Counted from the first letter of the stretch, positions 1 to 10,079 are shown. The stretch is DNA of 64,000 nt from an uncultured Actinomycetes bacterium (GCA_963795795.1 CAWCJS010000005.1:134011-198010); one strand, 5' to 3'. The notes: generated by a model from the letters alone, not told the origin. Translations and numbers: made by a program.

Positions 1-267
1 GTGTCTGCGCCGGACTTCGATCCCGGGTACGCGGTTGAGTTCTGGGACATCACCAACCGGCAGGACTGGGCGGCGTGCGAGTCGGTGCAGCGGGGCCTCA
101 CCTCGCCGCACGCGCGGCCCGGGCCGCTGTCCCCCACCGAGGACGCGGTGTACTACTTCGTTACGACTGTGGCTAGGGGCTACCTAGGAGAGTCGCCGTG
201 GACCCCGTCCGGTGCGGAGTTCGCGCACGCAGCGAGTGCGCGGATGGCTCGGCGCGCCGCCCTGTAG
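1..267 (+). CDS. 3' end of a gene cut by the window edge; product unknown (weak resemblance to the C-terminal end of Rieske-type oxygenase alpha subunits)
   Basis: Frame is open from position 1 to TAG at 265-267. Segment FWDITNRQDWAACESVQRGL resembles the ED..CE.VQ.GL stretch I recall from ring-hydroxylating oxygenase alpha subunits. No start codon in the window. Confidence 0.3.
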   Translation: MSAPDFDPGYAVEFWDITNRQDWAACESVQRGLTSPHARPGPLSPTEDAVYYFVTTVARGYLGESPWTPSGAEFAHAASARMARRAAL

Positions 268-302
268 GTGGCCCTGGTCTGGCAGGCGGGTAGCGTAACG
301 GC

Positions 303-812
303 GTGACCATCTTCGACATCCCGGTGAAGACCCTGGCCGGGCAGGACTCCTCGCTCGGCGCCCTCGGCCTGGACGGCAAGGCGCTGCTCGTGGTGAACGT
401 GGCCTCCAAGTGCGGGCTCACGCCCCAGTACACGGCCCTGGAAAAGCTGCAGGCGGAGTACGCCGGGCGAGGGTTTTCCGTGGTCGGGTTCCCGTGTAAT
501 CAGTTCGGCGGGCAGGAGCCTGGCAGTGCCGACGAGATCGCCACGTTCTGTTCGGCTACGTACGGGGTCACCTTTCCGATGACCGAGAAGATCGAGGTGA
601 ACGGGCCTGGCCGACACGCCATCTACGATTCGCTGACTTCCACGCCCGACGCCGACGGCGAGGCCGGGGACATCCAGTGGAACTTCGAGAAGTTCGTGGT
701 GCGGCCTGACGGGACGGTCGCGGCGAGGTTCCGCCCGATGACTACCCCCGACTCACCCGAGGTCCTGGCCGTCATCGAGGCCAACTTGCCTTCGGGTCAC
801 TTCTTGGGCTAG
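303..812 (+). CDS. glutathione peroxidase family (BtuE/Gpx-like)
   Basis: 169 aa with a GTG start. Motifs LVVNVASKCGLTPQY and GFPCNQFGGQEPG are the classic Gpx active-site and signature regions. Confidence 0.9.
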   Translation: MTIFDIPVKTLAGQDSSLGALGLDGKALLVVNVASKCGLTPQYTALEKLQAEYAGRGFSVVGFPCNQFGGQEPGSADEIATFCSATYGVTFPMTEKIEVNGPGRHAIYDSLTSTPDADGEAGDIQWNFEKFVVRPDGTVAARFRPMTTPDSPEVLAVIEANLPSGHFLG

Positions 813-901
813 GCCCGTCGGCTCCTGGGTTTGGGGCCGGGAGTCTGAAGATCAGGGAGGAGGACCGCGCCGCCCTAGCCGCCCACTGAGCGGCCAGGCT
901 G

Positions 902-920
902 GCGGGACGCGGCGTCCCGC
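902..920. terminator. GC-rich hairpin between convergent genes (possible bidirectional terminator)
   Basis: GCGGGACGC-G-GCGTCCCGC is a perfect inverted repeat between the gpx stop (812) and the stop of the minus-strand gene (930). There is no clean U-tract. Confidence 0.35.
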
Positions 921-929
921 TAAAAGGCC

Positions 930-1322
930 TTACCTGCGCCCCGTGTTGCGGTACCTGTTCGCCGCGGCTGCGCCAAGAGCGACGAGGGCGACGATAACCC
1001 AGATGATGAGCATCGGGGCGACCACGTGCTTACTGCCGTGCTCGGCGAGTATGGCCACCAGTCCGGTGATCCCGGCGCCGATCGCAGTACCTGTCAACAG
1101 CGCATGGTGCCCGACTGGCGGGGCCGCCTGCGCCAGTGGGCGGGCACTTTGCGGGCTGGTACCAAGCTTGGCTTCGACCCGCTTGTCAATCTCTGCACCG
1201 ATCCGGTCGATCAAGCTCTCGGCGACGGCATCGTCGTAGGCGCTGCCCAATTCGCGATGCGCCGCTGCGGCAGCGGCAATGTCAGTGCGGGTTGCCTGGT
1301 CCATGCGCTTACGATACATCTT
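930..1322 (-). CDS. hypothetical membrane protein (helical N-terminal part, two C-terminal TM segments)
   Basis: The ORF runs 930..1421. I prefer the ATG at 1322 (MYRKRMDQ...) because GAAGG lies 6 nt upstream. The C-terminus has hydrophobic stretches ALLTGTAIGAGITGLVAIL and MLIIWVIVALVALGAAAA. Confidence 0.5.
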   Translation of the reverse strand, partial: KMYRKRMDQATRTDIAAAAAAHRELGSAYDDAVAESLIDRIGAEIDKRVEAKLGTSPQSARPLAQAAPPVGHHALLTGTAIGAGITGLVAILAEHGSKHVVAPMLIIWVIVALVALGAAAANRYRNTGRR

Positions 1323-1456
1323 GACCTTCGGCCTGGGTCCACGATCGAGCATCTGTCGCGGAGATGCCGTGCAGGTGGGCGTGATAAGCGACTGGACGAC
1401 TTTCCGCACGCGGACCGACATGGTGCCGCGATGCGCTCATGACCCCTCAGGCGGAC

Positions 1457-2260
1457 TCAGGGCAGGATGAAGCGGTCTACCGCGTTGGCGAAGCCTTCGT
1501 CTTCGTTGGTCGTGGTGACGCGGCGGGCGGCTTCCTGGACCTCGTGGCTCGCGTTGCCCATGGCGATGCTGAGGCCGGAGTGGGCGAACATGAGGACGTC
1601 GTTGGGCTGGTCGCCGATCGTGGCGATCTGCTCGGAGGGGATCTGGTAGGTCCGGGATAGGTATTGGGCCACGCCGCCCTTGTTGGCGTTGGGATTGGTG
1701 ACGTCGCAGTAATACGGCTGGGACCTGGCGGCGGACACGTGGTGGCCCAGGTGCTCGCGCACCGCGTCCACGCCCTTCTGGACCGCGTCGTAGTCATCGC
1801 TCACCCCGACGATCTTGGCCACTCCGTCCGAGACCGAGGCGAAGTTGTCGATCACCGTCGGGTCGAACTTGACCGTCCAGGCTTCGCGGGAGACGTGCGG
1901 CGCCTTCGGGTCGCGGATATACCAGTCCGCGCCCCGGTAGACCCACACGTCCAGCTGGCAAGAGCCGAGCAGGTCGATCACCGTCGGCGTCACGTCGTCG
2001 GGTAGGACCTGTTGCTCGATCACCGACATGTCGGGATGGACGAACACACCGCCGTTGAAGCCCGCGATCGGCGTGGTGAGCTGGAGCGGCTCGATGAGCA
2101 TGGACATGCCGCGGGGCGGGCGGCCGCTGGTGATGGCGAAGAGGATCCCGGCCTGCCTCAGCTTGTCGACCGCGGCGATGGCCCGATCGGTGAGGACTTT
2201 GTCCTGGGTGACGAGCGTGCCGTCGACGTCGGCGAGGAAGAGTCGGATGGGCGGGGCCAT
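1457..2260 (-). CDS. HAD-IIB (Cof-type) phosphatase
   Basis: FLADVDGTLV (motif I), ITSGRP (motif II), and GDQPNDVLMF plus IAMGNA (motifs III/IV). Confidence 0.85.
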   Translation of the reverse strand: MAPPIRLFLADVDGTLVTQDKVLTDRAIAAVDKLRQAGILFAITSGRPPRGMSMLIEPLQLTTPIAGFNGGVFVHPDMSVIEQQVLPDDVTPTVIDLLGSCQLDVWVYRGADWYIRDPKAPHVSREAWTVKFDPTVIDNFASVSDGVAKIVGVSDDYDAVQKGVDAVREHLGHHVSAARSQPYYCDVTNPNANKGGVAQYLSRTYQIPSEQIATIGDQPNDVLMFAHSGLSIAMGNASHEVQEAARRVTTTNEDEGFANAVDRFILP

Positions 2261-2311
2261 GGTGCCTCCAGGTTGGTCCGGCAGTTCGGTCCGGTGAGGT
2301 CAGGAGCTAGA

Positions 2312-3004
2312 TCACGAGTGCTTGAGGTCGATCCGGTCGACAGTCTCACCACGGCCCACGAACACCGTCGCGACCATTTCCGACGGGAACAGGCCGTGCT
2401 CGACGACCCCGGGCACCGCCGACAGCCGGACGGCCAGGACCTGCGGATCACCGACCGGCCCGCGGTAGTCCGCGATGACGCCGCCGTCGGGACTGAGCGG
2501 GACGTCACGCAGCGAGGCAGGTTCGACCCGGCGCAAGGTGGCGTGCAGTCCGAACGAGAGGAGTTCGAGGGGGATCGGGCTGTGCAGGGCCTGGACCGGC
2601 TTGGTCGAGTCGGCGATGACGACGAACCGGTCCGCCGCCCCGGCGATGATCTTCTCCCGGGTGTGCGCGCCGCCGCCGCCCTTCACCAGCCAGCCGTCTG
2701 GGGCGATCTGGTCCGCGCCGTCGATGGCGATGTCGAAGCGGTCGATGCTCGCAACGTCCTCGATCCGCAGGCCCAGGTCGCGCGCGGCTTGCTCGGTACG
2801 CGGCGACGTGGCGGCACAGATGATGTTGAGCGATCGGCGGGCCAGGGCGGGGAGCAGGTACGCCACCGTCGAGCCGGTGCCGAGCCCGACGGTCATGCCG
2901 TCCTCGACCAGTTCTGCTGCCGCCTCCGCGGCGACCTGCTTCTCCCGCTCGACGCCGCCCTGACCGGCCGGCTGGCCTGGCGTCGCGTGGTCAGGTCGCG
3001 GCAC
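2312..3004 (-). CDS. rpiA: ribose-5-phosphate isomerase A
   Basis: GLGTGSTV, IDGADQI and KGGGGAHTREK motifs. The start overlaps the pgl stop by 14 nt. Confidence 0.85.
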   Translation of the reverse strand: MPRPDHATPGQPAGQGGVEREKQVAAEAAAELVEDGMTVGLGTGSTVAYLLPALARRSLNIICAATSPRTEQAARDLGLRIEDVASIDRFDIAIDGADQIAPDGWLVKGGGGAHTREKIIAGAADRFVVIADSTKPVQALHSPIPLELLSFGLHATLRRVEPASLRDVPLSPDGGVIADYRGPVGDPQVLAVRLSAVPGVVEHGLFPSEMVATVFVGRGETVDRIDLKHS

Positions 3005-3647
3005 GGTCGGCCATCACCAGGGAGGCGGCGGCCTCGACGCGGCCAGCGGGGATCGTCGTGTCTCCGGCCAGGAGCCTGGCCAGCGGCTCCTTCTTGTCAT
3101 CGCCGGTGACCAGCCAGAGGATCTGCCGGGCCCGCGCCAGCGCCGGGTAGGTCAGCGTCATCCGCTCCCGCCCCTGGTACGGCTGGGTCAGAGCCACCAG
3201 GCGATCGGTGACCGACAGGACCGGATCGCCCGGGACCAGCGAGGCGGTGTGCCCGTCGGGACCGAGGCCCAGGTGGACAAGATCGAAGTGCTCGGGCAGC
3301 ACGGCCGCGTAGTTGGCGGCCCCGGCCGCCAGATCACTGTCGTTGACCGGCATGGGCCGCACCTGCGCCGGGGCCTCGCCCAGCGCTTTGGTGAGGTGGG
3401 TGAGGTTCCGGTCGGGGTCATCGGGCGGAGCCACGCGCTCGTCCACCTGGTAGATGACGATGGCTTCCCACGGGACCGTCTCCGCGGCTAGTTCGGCGAA
3501 CATGGCCCAGGGGGTGCGGCCGCCGCTGACCGCGAAGTGGAAGCTGCCGCTGGCCGCCACCGCGGCGCGGGCGCGCTCGGCCACGAAGACCGCGCCAGCC
3601 CGGGCCACGGCGTCGGGATCGGCCAGAGTTTGGAGTTCGTGGTGCAT
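2991..3647 (-). CDS. pgl: 6-phosphogluconolactonase
   Basis: FAVSGGRTP, VDERVAPPDDPDRN and LGLGPDGHTASL motifs. I prefer the ATG at 3647 (MHHELQ) over the longer ORF that reaches 3719. Confidence 0.85.
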   Translation of the reverse strand: MHHELQTLADPDAVARAGAVFVAERARAAVAASGSFHFAVSGGRTPWAMFAELAAETVPWEAIVIYQVDERVAPPDDPDRNLTHLTKALGEAPAQVRPMPVNDSDLAAGAANYAAVLPEHFDLVHLGLGPDGHTASLVPGDPVLSVTDRLVALTQPYQGRERMTLTYPALARARQILWLVTGDDKKEPLARLLAGDTTIPAGRVEAAASLVMADRAAT

Positions 3648-3804
3648 GTCGCTCCCTAATCCTGGTTCAGGGGATGGGTTCGGATCCCCAGACTGTCTAC
3701 CTGCGCTCACGCCTTCCACACATCGCCTTTGGTCTCCGCACTTCTGAATCTAAGACCAGGCGGGTTCCCGTCCGTGCGGCCGGGGTGGCTGATACGAATG
3801 GGGC

Positions 3805-4513
3805 ATGGCTGCTCGGGTGCTGCTTGTTCATAGCCCGCTGGTGGGGTGCGCCAGCTGGGATCTGGTGGCGGCTGACCTGGCCGGGTGGGGCTACGAGGTG
3901 GGCGTCCCGGATCTGACCGGCACGGTCACGGGAGGGCCGCCCGTATTGCTCGCGCCAGGCCGAGGTCATAGCGCGCAGCGCAGCCGGGCGGCCCGCGATC
4001 CTCGTCGGACATAGCGGGGCCGGGCCGCTGCTGGCGGCGGCGGGTGCCCTCATCGGTCAGGTGCGCGGCTACGTCTTCGTCGACGCGGGACTGCCGATCC
4101 CGGGGCAGGCGTGGATGGAAACCGTTCCGCCCGAGCTGGCGGTCCAGGTGCGGGAGATGGCCGATGACCGGGGCGGGCTGCCGCCCTGGCCGCAGTGGTG
4201 GGGCGAAGAGGCCATGGCCGAACTCATTCCGGACCCGGAGGCGCGGCGGCGCTTCGCGGCTGGCTGCCCCCGGCTGCCGCTCGCCATGTTCGAGGAAGTC
4301 CAGCCACTGGCGCCGGGGTGGCCCGATGCTCCCGGGGCTTACCTGCTGCTGAGCGAGGCCTACGAGGACGAAGCGGCCAGGGCGCGGGAACGTGGCTGGC
4401 CGGTGGCCGAGCAGATGACCCACCACCTGGCGCTCCTGACCGAGCCCGGGCGAATCGCCGGATCGTTGCGCGAGCTGATCGGGCTGGTCATGCCGGAAGC
4501 GCGGCCCGGGTAG
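3805..4513 (+). pseudogene. alpha/beta-fold hydrolase, reading frame broken near 3940
   Basis: The N-terminal part VLLVHSPLVGCASWDLVAADL is in frame 1. The nucleophile elbow region ILVGHSGAGPLL and the rest are in frame 2, which is readable from about 3941. A single-base shift sits in gggccgccc. Confidence 0.7.
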
Positions 4514-4531
4514 GCGTGGCGCCGCGGCTGC

Positions 4532-5722
4532 CTATTCAGGAACCGACGCCAGCGGAGGGGAAAGCGGGGTCTCGGTGCCGTCGGCGCCGTGCAGGCGGGC
4601 GGTCCATTTCTCCTCGATGTGGCCGAAGCGCCAGATCGCCATGGCCGCCGCCCAGACGACGATGAACATGCCGACGATCACGAAGCCCGCGGTGTTGATG
4701 TTGAAGTTGTGCATGAAGCCCCAGAAGCCGCTGGTCTGGCTGACCCCGTGGACTTCCAGCGGGACCAGGCTGAGGGTCTCGATCCCGCCGATGAAGAAGC
4801 AGATGGCCACGGACAGGCCGGTGATGGCCAGGTTGTAGTACACCTTGCGGACGGGGTTGAAGAACGCCCAGCCGTAGGCCAGGTTCATGAAGATGCCGTC
4901 GGTGGTGTCCATCAGGCACATCCCGGCGGTGAACAGGACCGGCAGGGCGAGGATGGCCTGCCAGGGGATGTGCTCGGAGGCCAGCAGCGCGGTGGTCGTC
5001 AGCAGCGCGACCTCGGTGGCGGTGTCGAAGCCCAGCCCGAATACCACCCCGACCGGGTACAGCTGCCATTCCTTGTTGATGACCCGCATCCAGCGGCCGA
5101 AGAACCGGTAGAAGAACCCCCGGTTGTCCAGTTGCCGCTCCAGCTCCGCCTCGTCGTATTCCCCGCGCCGCATGGCCCGGAAGACCTTGATGATCCCGGC
5201 CAGGATCACGACGTTGAGCAGCCCGATCAGGAACAGGAAGGCCGCGGACACGATCGTGCCGAAGGTGCCCCCGAACGCCGTCAGCGTGGACCCGCTGTGG
5301 GTGAACGCCGGCAGCACCGTCTTCTCGGCGATGACGATCCCGATTCCGATCACCACCACGATGGTGGAGTGGCCGAGGGAGAAGAAGTAGCCGAACGAGA
5401 ACGGCCGCGGCTGGCCGGTGCCCTGGCGCTGCGCCATGACCTTGCGGGTGGTGTTGTCGATCGCGGCGATGTGATCGGCGTCGAACGCGTGCCGCAGGCC
5501 CAGGGTGTACGCGGTGACGCTCAGGCCGACGCCGAACAGCTTGTAGTGGGCCGGCAGCACGTAGGCGATGAACACGAAGAACCCGAGCGCGTGGAGCGCG
5601 ATGATCGAGCCGTACATGCCGAGGACGCGCAGCCGCTCGGTCCGGGTCATCGTGTGGAACGACTGGCGGAAGATCTTGCGCACCGTCATGCCGCCCGGCG
5701 GCGCCGCGCTCGGGGCGGTCAT
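4532..5722 (-). CDS. NiCoT (HoxN/HupN/NixA) family nickel/cobalt transporter
   Basis: Signature RHAFDADHIAAIDNTTRK (H-X4-DH) and FSLGHSTIVV, with multiple TM segments. The start is uncertain: 5722 is preferred, 5689 and 5785 are possible. Confidence 0.85.
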   Translation of the reverse strand: MTAPSAAPPGGMTVRKIFRQSFHTMTRTERLRVLGMYGSIIALHALGFFVFIAYVLPAHYKLFGVGLSVTAYTLGLRHAFDADHIAAIDNTTRKVMAQRQGTGQPRPFSFGYFFSLGHSTIVVVIGIGIVIAEKTVLPAFTHSGSTLTAFGGTFGTIVSAAFLFLIGLLNVVILAGIIKVFRAMRRGEYDEAELERQLDNRGFFYRFFGRWMRVINKEWQLYPVGVVFGLGFDTATEVALLTTTALLASEHIPWQAILALPVLFTAGMCLMDTTDGIFMNLAYGWAFFNPVRKVYYNLAITGLSVAICFFIGGIETLSLVPLEVHGVSQTSGFWGFMHNFNINTAGFVIVGMFIVVWAAAMAIWRFGHIEEKWTARLHGADGTETPLSPPLASVPE

Positions 5723-5779
5723 GGCCTCAACCCCCTCTGCCGCGCGGCCGGTCCGCGCCTGAGGGAACGTTAACGCTAG

Positions 5780-5796
5780 TTGCACATAAGTCGCAA
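5780..5796. promoter_or_regulatory. Nur-box-like inverted repeat upstream of the nickel transporter
   Basis: TTGCAC-ATAAG-TCGCAA, compared with the Streptomyces Nur box as I recall it (tTGCaa-N5-ttGCAA). It lies in an AT-richer spacer about 58 nt upstream of the preferred NiCoT start. Confidence 0.4.
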
Positions 5797-5831
5797 GTAC
5801 TGGTTTGTTGCAGATACGTGGCCCAGCTGGG

Positions 5832-6998
5832 CTAGACGAGGGTGGCGGGGTCGCGTTTGGCCAGCTGGCGGGCGATGATCATCCGCTGGATCTCGCTGGT
5901 GCCTTCCCAGATCCGCTCGACGCGCAGCTCGCGGTAGAAGCGTTCGGCCACGTTCTCGCGCATGTAGCCGCGCCCGCCGAAGACCTGGACGGCCCGGTCG
6001 GCGACGCGGCCCGCCATCTCCGAGCAGTAGAGCTTGGCCATCGAGCACTGCGCGTGCGACACCTTCAGGTCGGTGCCGCGGTCGATGCCGCGCGCGGTCT
6101 CGTAGGCCATCGACCGGGCGGCGAACAGCTCGGTCAGGCTGTCCGCGAGCATCCCGGCCACCAGCCCGTGCTCGATGATCGGCAGGCCGCCCGAGCGGCG
6201 GGTGCGGGCGAAGCCGGTCATCTCCTCGGTGAGCCGGTCGGCCGCGCCCAGGCAGCGCGCGGCGACCATCAGCCGCTCGAACCTGAACCACTCGTACGCG
6301 AACGCCATCCCGTCGCCTTCGGCCCCGACCAGGTTCGCCACGGGGACGCGCACGTCCTCGAACGCCACGATCGGGTGGTGGTGGCTGATCGTGTGCGCGT
6401 AGGCCGGGGTCCTGACCACGCGGACGCCCGGGGTCGGGAGGTCGACCAGGAACATCGCGTGCTCGCCGTCGTGCGGCCCGCCCGCCAGCCTGGCCTGGAA
6501 GAAGGCGAAGTCGGCGGTGTTGTACGAGGTGACGTGCCACTTGACGCCGTTGAGCACGTACTGGTCGCCGTCCCGGTGCGCGGTGGCCTCGATCGCGTCA
6601 ACGTCCGTTCCGGCGCCCTCCTCGGTGATCGCGTAGCACTCCTCGCGGTCGCCCGCGATGGCCGGGCGGACGTAGCGGTCGAGCTGGTCTTGGGTCGCGA
6701 CCTCCGGCAGCCACGACGGCGGGGTGGACGCCACCCAGCCGAGCGCGTTGGTCACCCGGCCCATCTGTTCCTGGACCAGCGCCTGCTGGAGCGTGGTGCA
6801 GCCGCCACCGCCCAGCTCGACGGGCATGTTGGTCGAGGCCAGGCCCAGCTCGCGCGCCCGTTTGGCGTGCCCGGCGGTCACGTCCGGGGGCAGTTCACCG
6901 CCGGCCAGTTCGGCCTGCTCCTCGAACGGGATCAACTCGTCCGCGAAGCCGCGGGCGCGGGCCTGAATCTGGCGGTCTGCATCCGAGAAGCCGTACAT
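5832..6998 (-). CDS. acyl-CoA dehydrogenase family protein
   Basis: 388 aa from the ATG at 6998, with GGAGG upstream. Typical ACAD C-terminal region QVFGGRGYMRENVAERFYRELRVERIWEGTSEIQR. Confidence 0.85.
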   Translation of the reverse strand: MYGFSDADRQIQARARGFADELIPFEEQAELAGGELPPDVTAGHAKRARELGLASTNMPVELGGGGCTTLQQALVQEQMGRVTNALGWVASTPPSWLPEVATQDQLDRYVRPAIAGDREECYAITEEGAGTDVDAIEATAHRDGDQYVLNGVKWHVTSYNTADFAFFQARLAGGPHDGEHAMFLVDLPTPGVRVVRTPAYAHTISHHHPIVAFEDVRVPVANLVGAEGDGMAFAYEWFRFERLMVAARCLGAADRLTEEMTGFARTRRSGGLPIIEHGLVAGMLADSLTELFAARSMAYETARGIDRGTDLKVSHAQCSMAKLYCSEMAGRVADRAVQVFGGRGYMRENVAERFYRELRVERIWEGTSEIQRMIIARQLAKRDPATLV

Positions 6999-7038
6999 CC
7001 CGTGGAACCTCCAGGCTCGTGACCGGGCGCATTGTATT

Positions 7039-7054
7039 GACTGAATGTTCAGTC
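7039..7054. promoter_or_regulatory. 16-bp palindrome in a divergent promoter region
   Basis: GACTGAA-TG-TTCAGTC has perfect 7-bp arms. It lies between the divergent acyl-CoA dehydrogenase and FAD-oxidoreductase genes. Confidence 0.35.
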
Positions 7055-7137
7055 TAGGCCAGACTCGGTCGTGTGCCAACGGGTGTGACGGGCGGGCGGG
7101 TGCGCCTACGCGAACCGGGGACGTCGTGGTGAGTGCG

Positions 7138-8331
7138 ATGGGCGGCCGGGTGCCGATGACAACCGCGGACGCCGTCGTGGTCGGCGGCGGGACGGTGGGC
7201 GCGTGGTGCGCGTACTTCCTCCGCCGGGCTGGCCTGGACCGGGTCGTCGTGCTGGAACGGGGGCTGCTCGGGCAGGGCGCGAGCAGCCGGGCGGCCGGCG
7301 TCGTCCGGATGCAGGGCGGTACCCCGGAGGCCGTGCGGCTTGGGCAGTGGTCGCGGCGGTTCTACCTGGGCCAGCGGGACGAAATCGGCACCGACTCGGG
7401 GTTCACCGAGCTGGGGTACCTGCTGCCCTGCTTCACCGAGGCGGAGGTCGCGGCGGCGCACGAGCGGATGGCCATGCAGTCCGGCCTCGGCGTCCCCGTG
7501 CGGTGGCTGGAGCCCGATGAAGTCGACGCGGCCAACCCGACGCTGGCGCCCGGGCAGACGCTCGGCGGCACGTTCTGCGCCGAGGACGGGTTCATCTCGC
7601 CGCCACGCAACGTCGCCGCGTACACCGTCGGCCTGATCCGCACCGGGGTCGAGATCGCCGAGCGCACGGAGTTCCTCGGCCTAAGTGGACCGGACGGCCT
7701 GACCGTGGATACAAGCCATGGTCCGATCGTCGCGGGCCTGGTGATCCTGACCGGCGGGCCGAAGCTCGCCGCAGTCGGCCGGCTGGTCGGCCTGTCCATC
7801 CCGGCCGGCGGGGTCAGGCACCAGGTCGCGGTGACCGAGCGGCACCCTGACCTGGACCCGGCTCGGGTCCCGATGGTGTTCGACTTGCCCGCGGGGCTCT
7901 ACTGGCGGCCCGAGGAGGGCGGCCTGCTGTTCGGGATGAGCAACCCGGACGAGCCGCCGGGTGAGAACCGCGAGGTCGACGAGGACTACCTGGCCCGTAT
8001 GCGCGCCCGGCTGGCGACGCTGGTCCCGGTCACCGCCGGGCTCGGGCTGCGCCGGGTCTGGGCCGCCACCATCGACTACACCTCCGACCACCTGCCGATC
8101 ATCGGCCCGGCGCCCGGCCGGGACGGGGTCACCGTGGCCAGCGCCGGCGGCGCGGGCATGATGTGGGGCCCCGCCGTGGCCCGGGCCGCGGCCGACGTCG
8201 CGCTGACCGGGACGTCCGAGGTGGTCGACGTCTCAGTGCTCGGACTTGACCGTTTCGACGAGGCCGGGCACAGCCGCCTGGCCACCGACCCCATCGCCCT
8301 CCCCTTCCCGGAAAGGATCACCACGTCATGA
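7138..8331 (+). CDS. FAD-dependent oxidoreductase (DAO / sarcosine oxidase beta-like family)
   Basis: Dinucleotide-binding motif [16 protein letters not shown] followed by [13 protein letters not shown]. The start is 7138 or 7156. The stop overlaps the next gene (ATGA). Confidence 0.8.
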   Translation: MGGRVPMTTADAVVVGGGTVGAWCAYFLRRAGLDRVVVLERGLLGQGASSRAAGVVRMQGGTPEAVRLGQWSRRFYLGQRDEIGTDSGFTELGYLLPCFTEAEVAAAHERMAMQSGLGVPVRWLEPDEVDAANPTLAPGQTLGGTFCAEDGFISPPRNVAAYTVGLIRTGVEIAERTEFLGLSGPDGLTVDTSHGPIVAGLVILTGGPKLAAVGRLVGLSIPAGGVRHQVAVTERHPDLDPARVPMVFDLPAGLYWRPEEGGLLFGMSNPDEPPGENREVDEDYLARMRARLATLVPVTAGLGLRRVWAATIDYTSDHLPIIGPAPGRDGVTVASAGGAGMMWGPAVARAAADVALTGTSEVVDVSVLGLDRFDEAGHSRLATDPIALPFPERITTS

Positions 8332-8672
8332 CTACCGCCACCCCGTTCCTCGCCGCCGCGGTCGACGCCAAGCTCGAGGACTGGGGCCCGCTCGCGGAGG
8401 CGACCGGCGAGCCCATGCAGACGTCGGGGACGACCCTGTGGGCCGGGGAGGGAGCCCAGGAAGCCGGGGTCTGGGAGTGCACGCTCGGGCCCTCCCGGTG
8501 GACACTGGAGAGCAACGAGTTCGTGCACATCCTGTCCGGCCGGATGACCGTGACCCCCGACGGCGGCGAGCCCACCGACATCGGCCCCGGCGACACCGCC
8601 GTGTTCCCGCGCGGCTGGACCGGTACCTGGCAGATCCACGAGCCGATCAGGAAGCTGTACGTCCTGTTCTAG
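8328..8672 (+). CDS. small cupin protein (DUF861/EutQ-like cupin_3)
   Basis: 114 aa, ATGA-coupled to the upstream gene. Cupin core [34 protein letters not shown]. Confidence 0.75.
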   Translation: MTTATPFLAAAVDAKLEDWGPLAEATGEPMQTSGTTLWAGEGAQEAGVWECTLGPSRWTLESNEFVHILSGRMTVTPDGGEPTDIGPGDTAVFPRGWTGTWQIHEPIRKLYVLF

Positions 8673-8680
8673 GAGGCCCG

Positions 8681-9707
8681 GTGGCCCTGGCCGATTTCCC
8701 GCGGTACCCGCTGCTGTTCGGGCCGAGCCCGGTTCACCCGCTCGAGCGGCTGACCGCCTACCTGGGCGGCGCGGCGATCTGGGCCAAACGCGAGGACTGC
8801 AACTCCGGGCTCGCCTACGGCGGAAACAAGACCCGCAAGCTGGAGTATCTGGTCCCCGACGCGCTGGCGCAGGGCGCTGACACGCTGGTCTCCATCGGCG
8901 GGGTGCAGTCGAACCACACCCGGCAGGTCGCCGCGGTGGCCGCCAAGCTGGGCCTGAAGTGCCGGCTCGTCCAGGAGAGCTGGGTGGACTGGCCCGACTC
9001 GGTCAACGACCGGGTCGGCAACATCCTGCTCTCCCGGATCATGGGCGCCGACGTCCGCCTGGTCGACGAGGGCTTCGGCATCGGGGTCAAGTCCAGCTGG
9101 GAGCAGGCGCTCGAGGACGTCCGCGCCGCGGGCGGCACGCCGTACGCGATCCCGGCGGGCGCCTCCGACCACCGGCTGGGCGGCCTGGGCTTCGCGAACT
9201 GGGCGTACGAGGTCGCTGCGCAGGAAGAAGAACTCGGGGTCTTCTTCGACACCATCATCGTCTGCAGCGTCACGGGATCTACCCAGGCGGGGATGATCGC
9301 CGGGTTCGCCAGCCTCGGGGACATTACGGGTCAGGGCCGTCCGCGGCGAGTGATCGGCATCGACGCTTCGGCGCGAGCTCGAGGAGACCCGGGCCCAGGT
9401 CGAGAGGATCGCGCGGAACACCGCCGAGCTGATCGGGCTGGGCCGGGAGCTGCGGGACGACGAGATCACCGTGCTGCCCGGCTGGGCCGGGAATTACTAC
9501 GGGATCCCGGTCCAGTCGACGCTGGACGCGATCAGGCTGAGCGGGCGCCTGGAGGGGATGATCATCGACCCGGTATACGAGGGCAAGTCGATGGCCGGGC
9601 TCATCGACCTGGTCCGCACCGGCCGGATCGGCAGGGACTCCACGGTTCTGTACGCCCACCTCGGCGGGCAGCCCGCGCTCAACGCATACAGCGCCCTGTT
9701 CCGCTAA
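8681..9707 (+). pseudogene. acdS: 1-aminocyclopropane-1-carboxylate deaminase, frame broken near 9375
   Basis: GTG at 8681 follows AGGAGG. PLP lysine motif [10 protein letters not shown]. After IGIDASA the frame shifts by one base; the downstream frame reads [19 protein letters not shown]...DPVYEGKSM...[15 protein letters not shown]. The YEGKS and LYAHLGG residues are those that separate AcdS from D-cysteine desulfhydrase. Confidence 0.8.
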
Positions 9708-10079
9708 ATGGGTTTTTGAATTGCGCTGTGGCGGGGCCTTGACTTCAAAGGTGGGTCGCGAGCGGAGGATGAGGCGGGTGTGCGAGGTGGTGCGTCCAGC
9801 TGCGGAATTATCCTCCGCAAAATCCTGGACATTCCGTACCCCTGATCAGATAGGGGCCGATGAGGATGAGCGGCGCCGACTGGAGGATGACCAGGTCCGC
9901 TGATGCGGCGCGGGGTGATGACAAGGGCCGCCGATGCGGCGCGCGGGGGTGGTGACCGGGCATTCGGCTGAGCGGCGCCGGGGAAAGTGATGGCGCCCTC
10001 GCCTGGTGGGATCGCCGTAACTTTTCCGTCACGCTGCGGGCGTAGCGTCGTGGGAGTAGGCGTGCGGCGAGGGGGGTTG

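Noticed and set aside
3661-3695. tRNA-like GGTTCGGATCCCC string
   Set aside because: It only superficially resembles a T-arm. No acceptor stem, D-arm or anticodon arm can be folded around it. It lies in the pgl promoter region.
8246-8680. N-terminal 145-aa extension of the acdS ORF
   Set aside because: It overlaps the FAD-oxidoreductase 3' end and the whole cupin gene in another frame, and its translation is Arg/Pro-rich junk. A GTG with a perfect AGGAGG at 8681 matches the start of ACC deaminase homologs.
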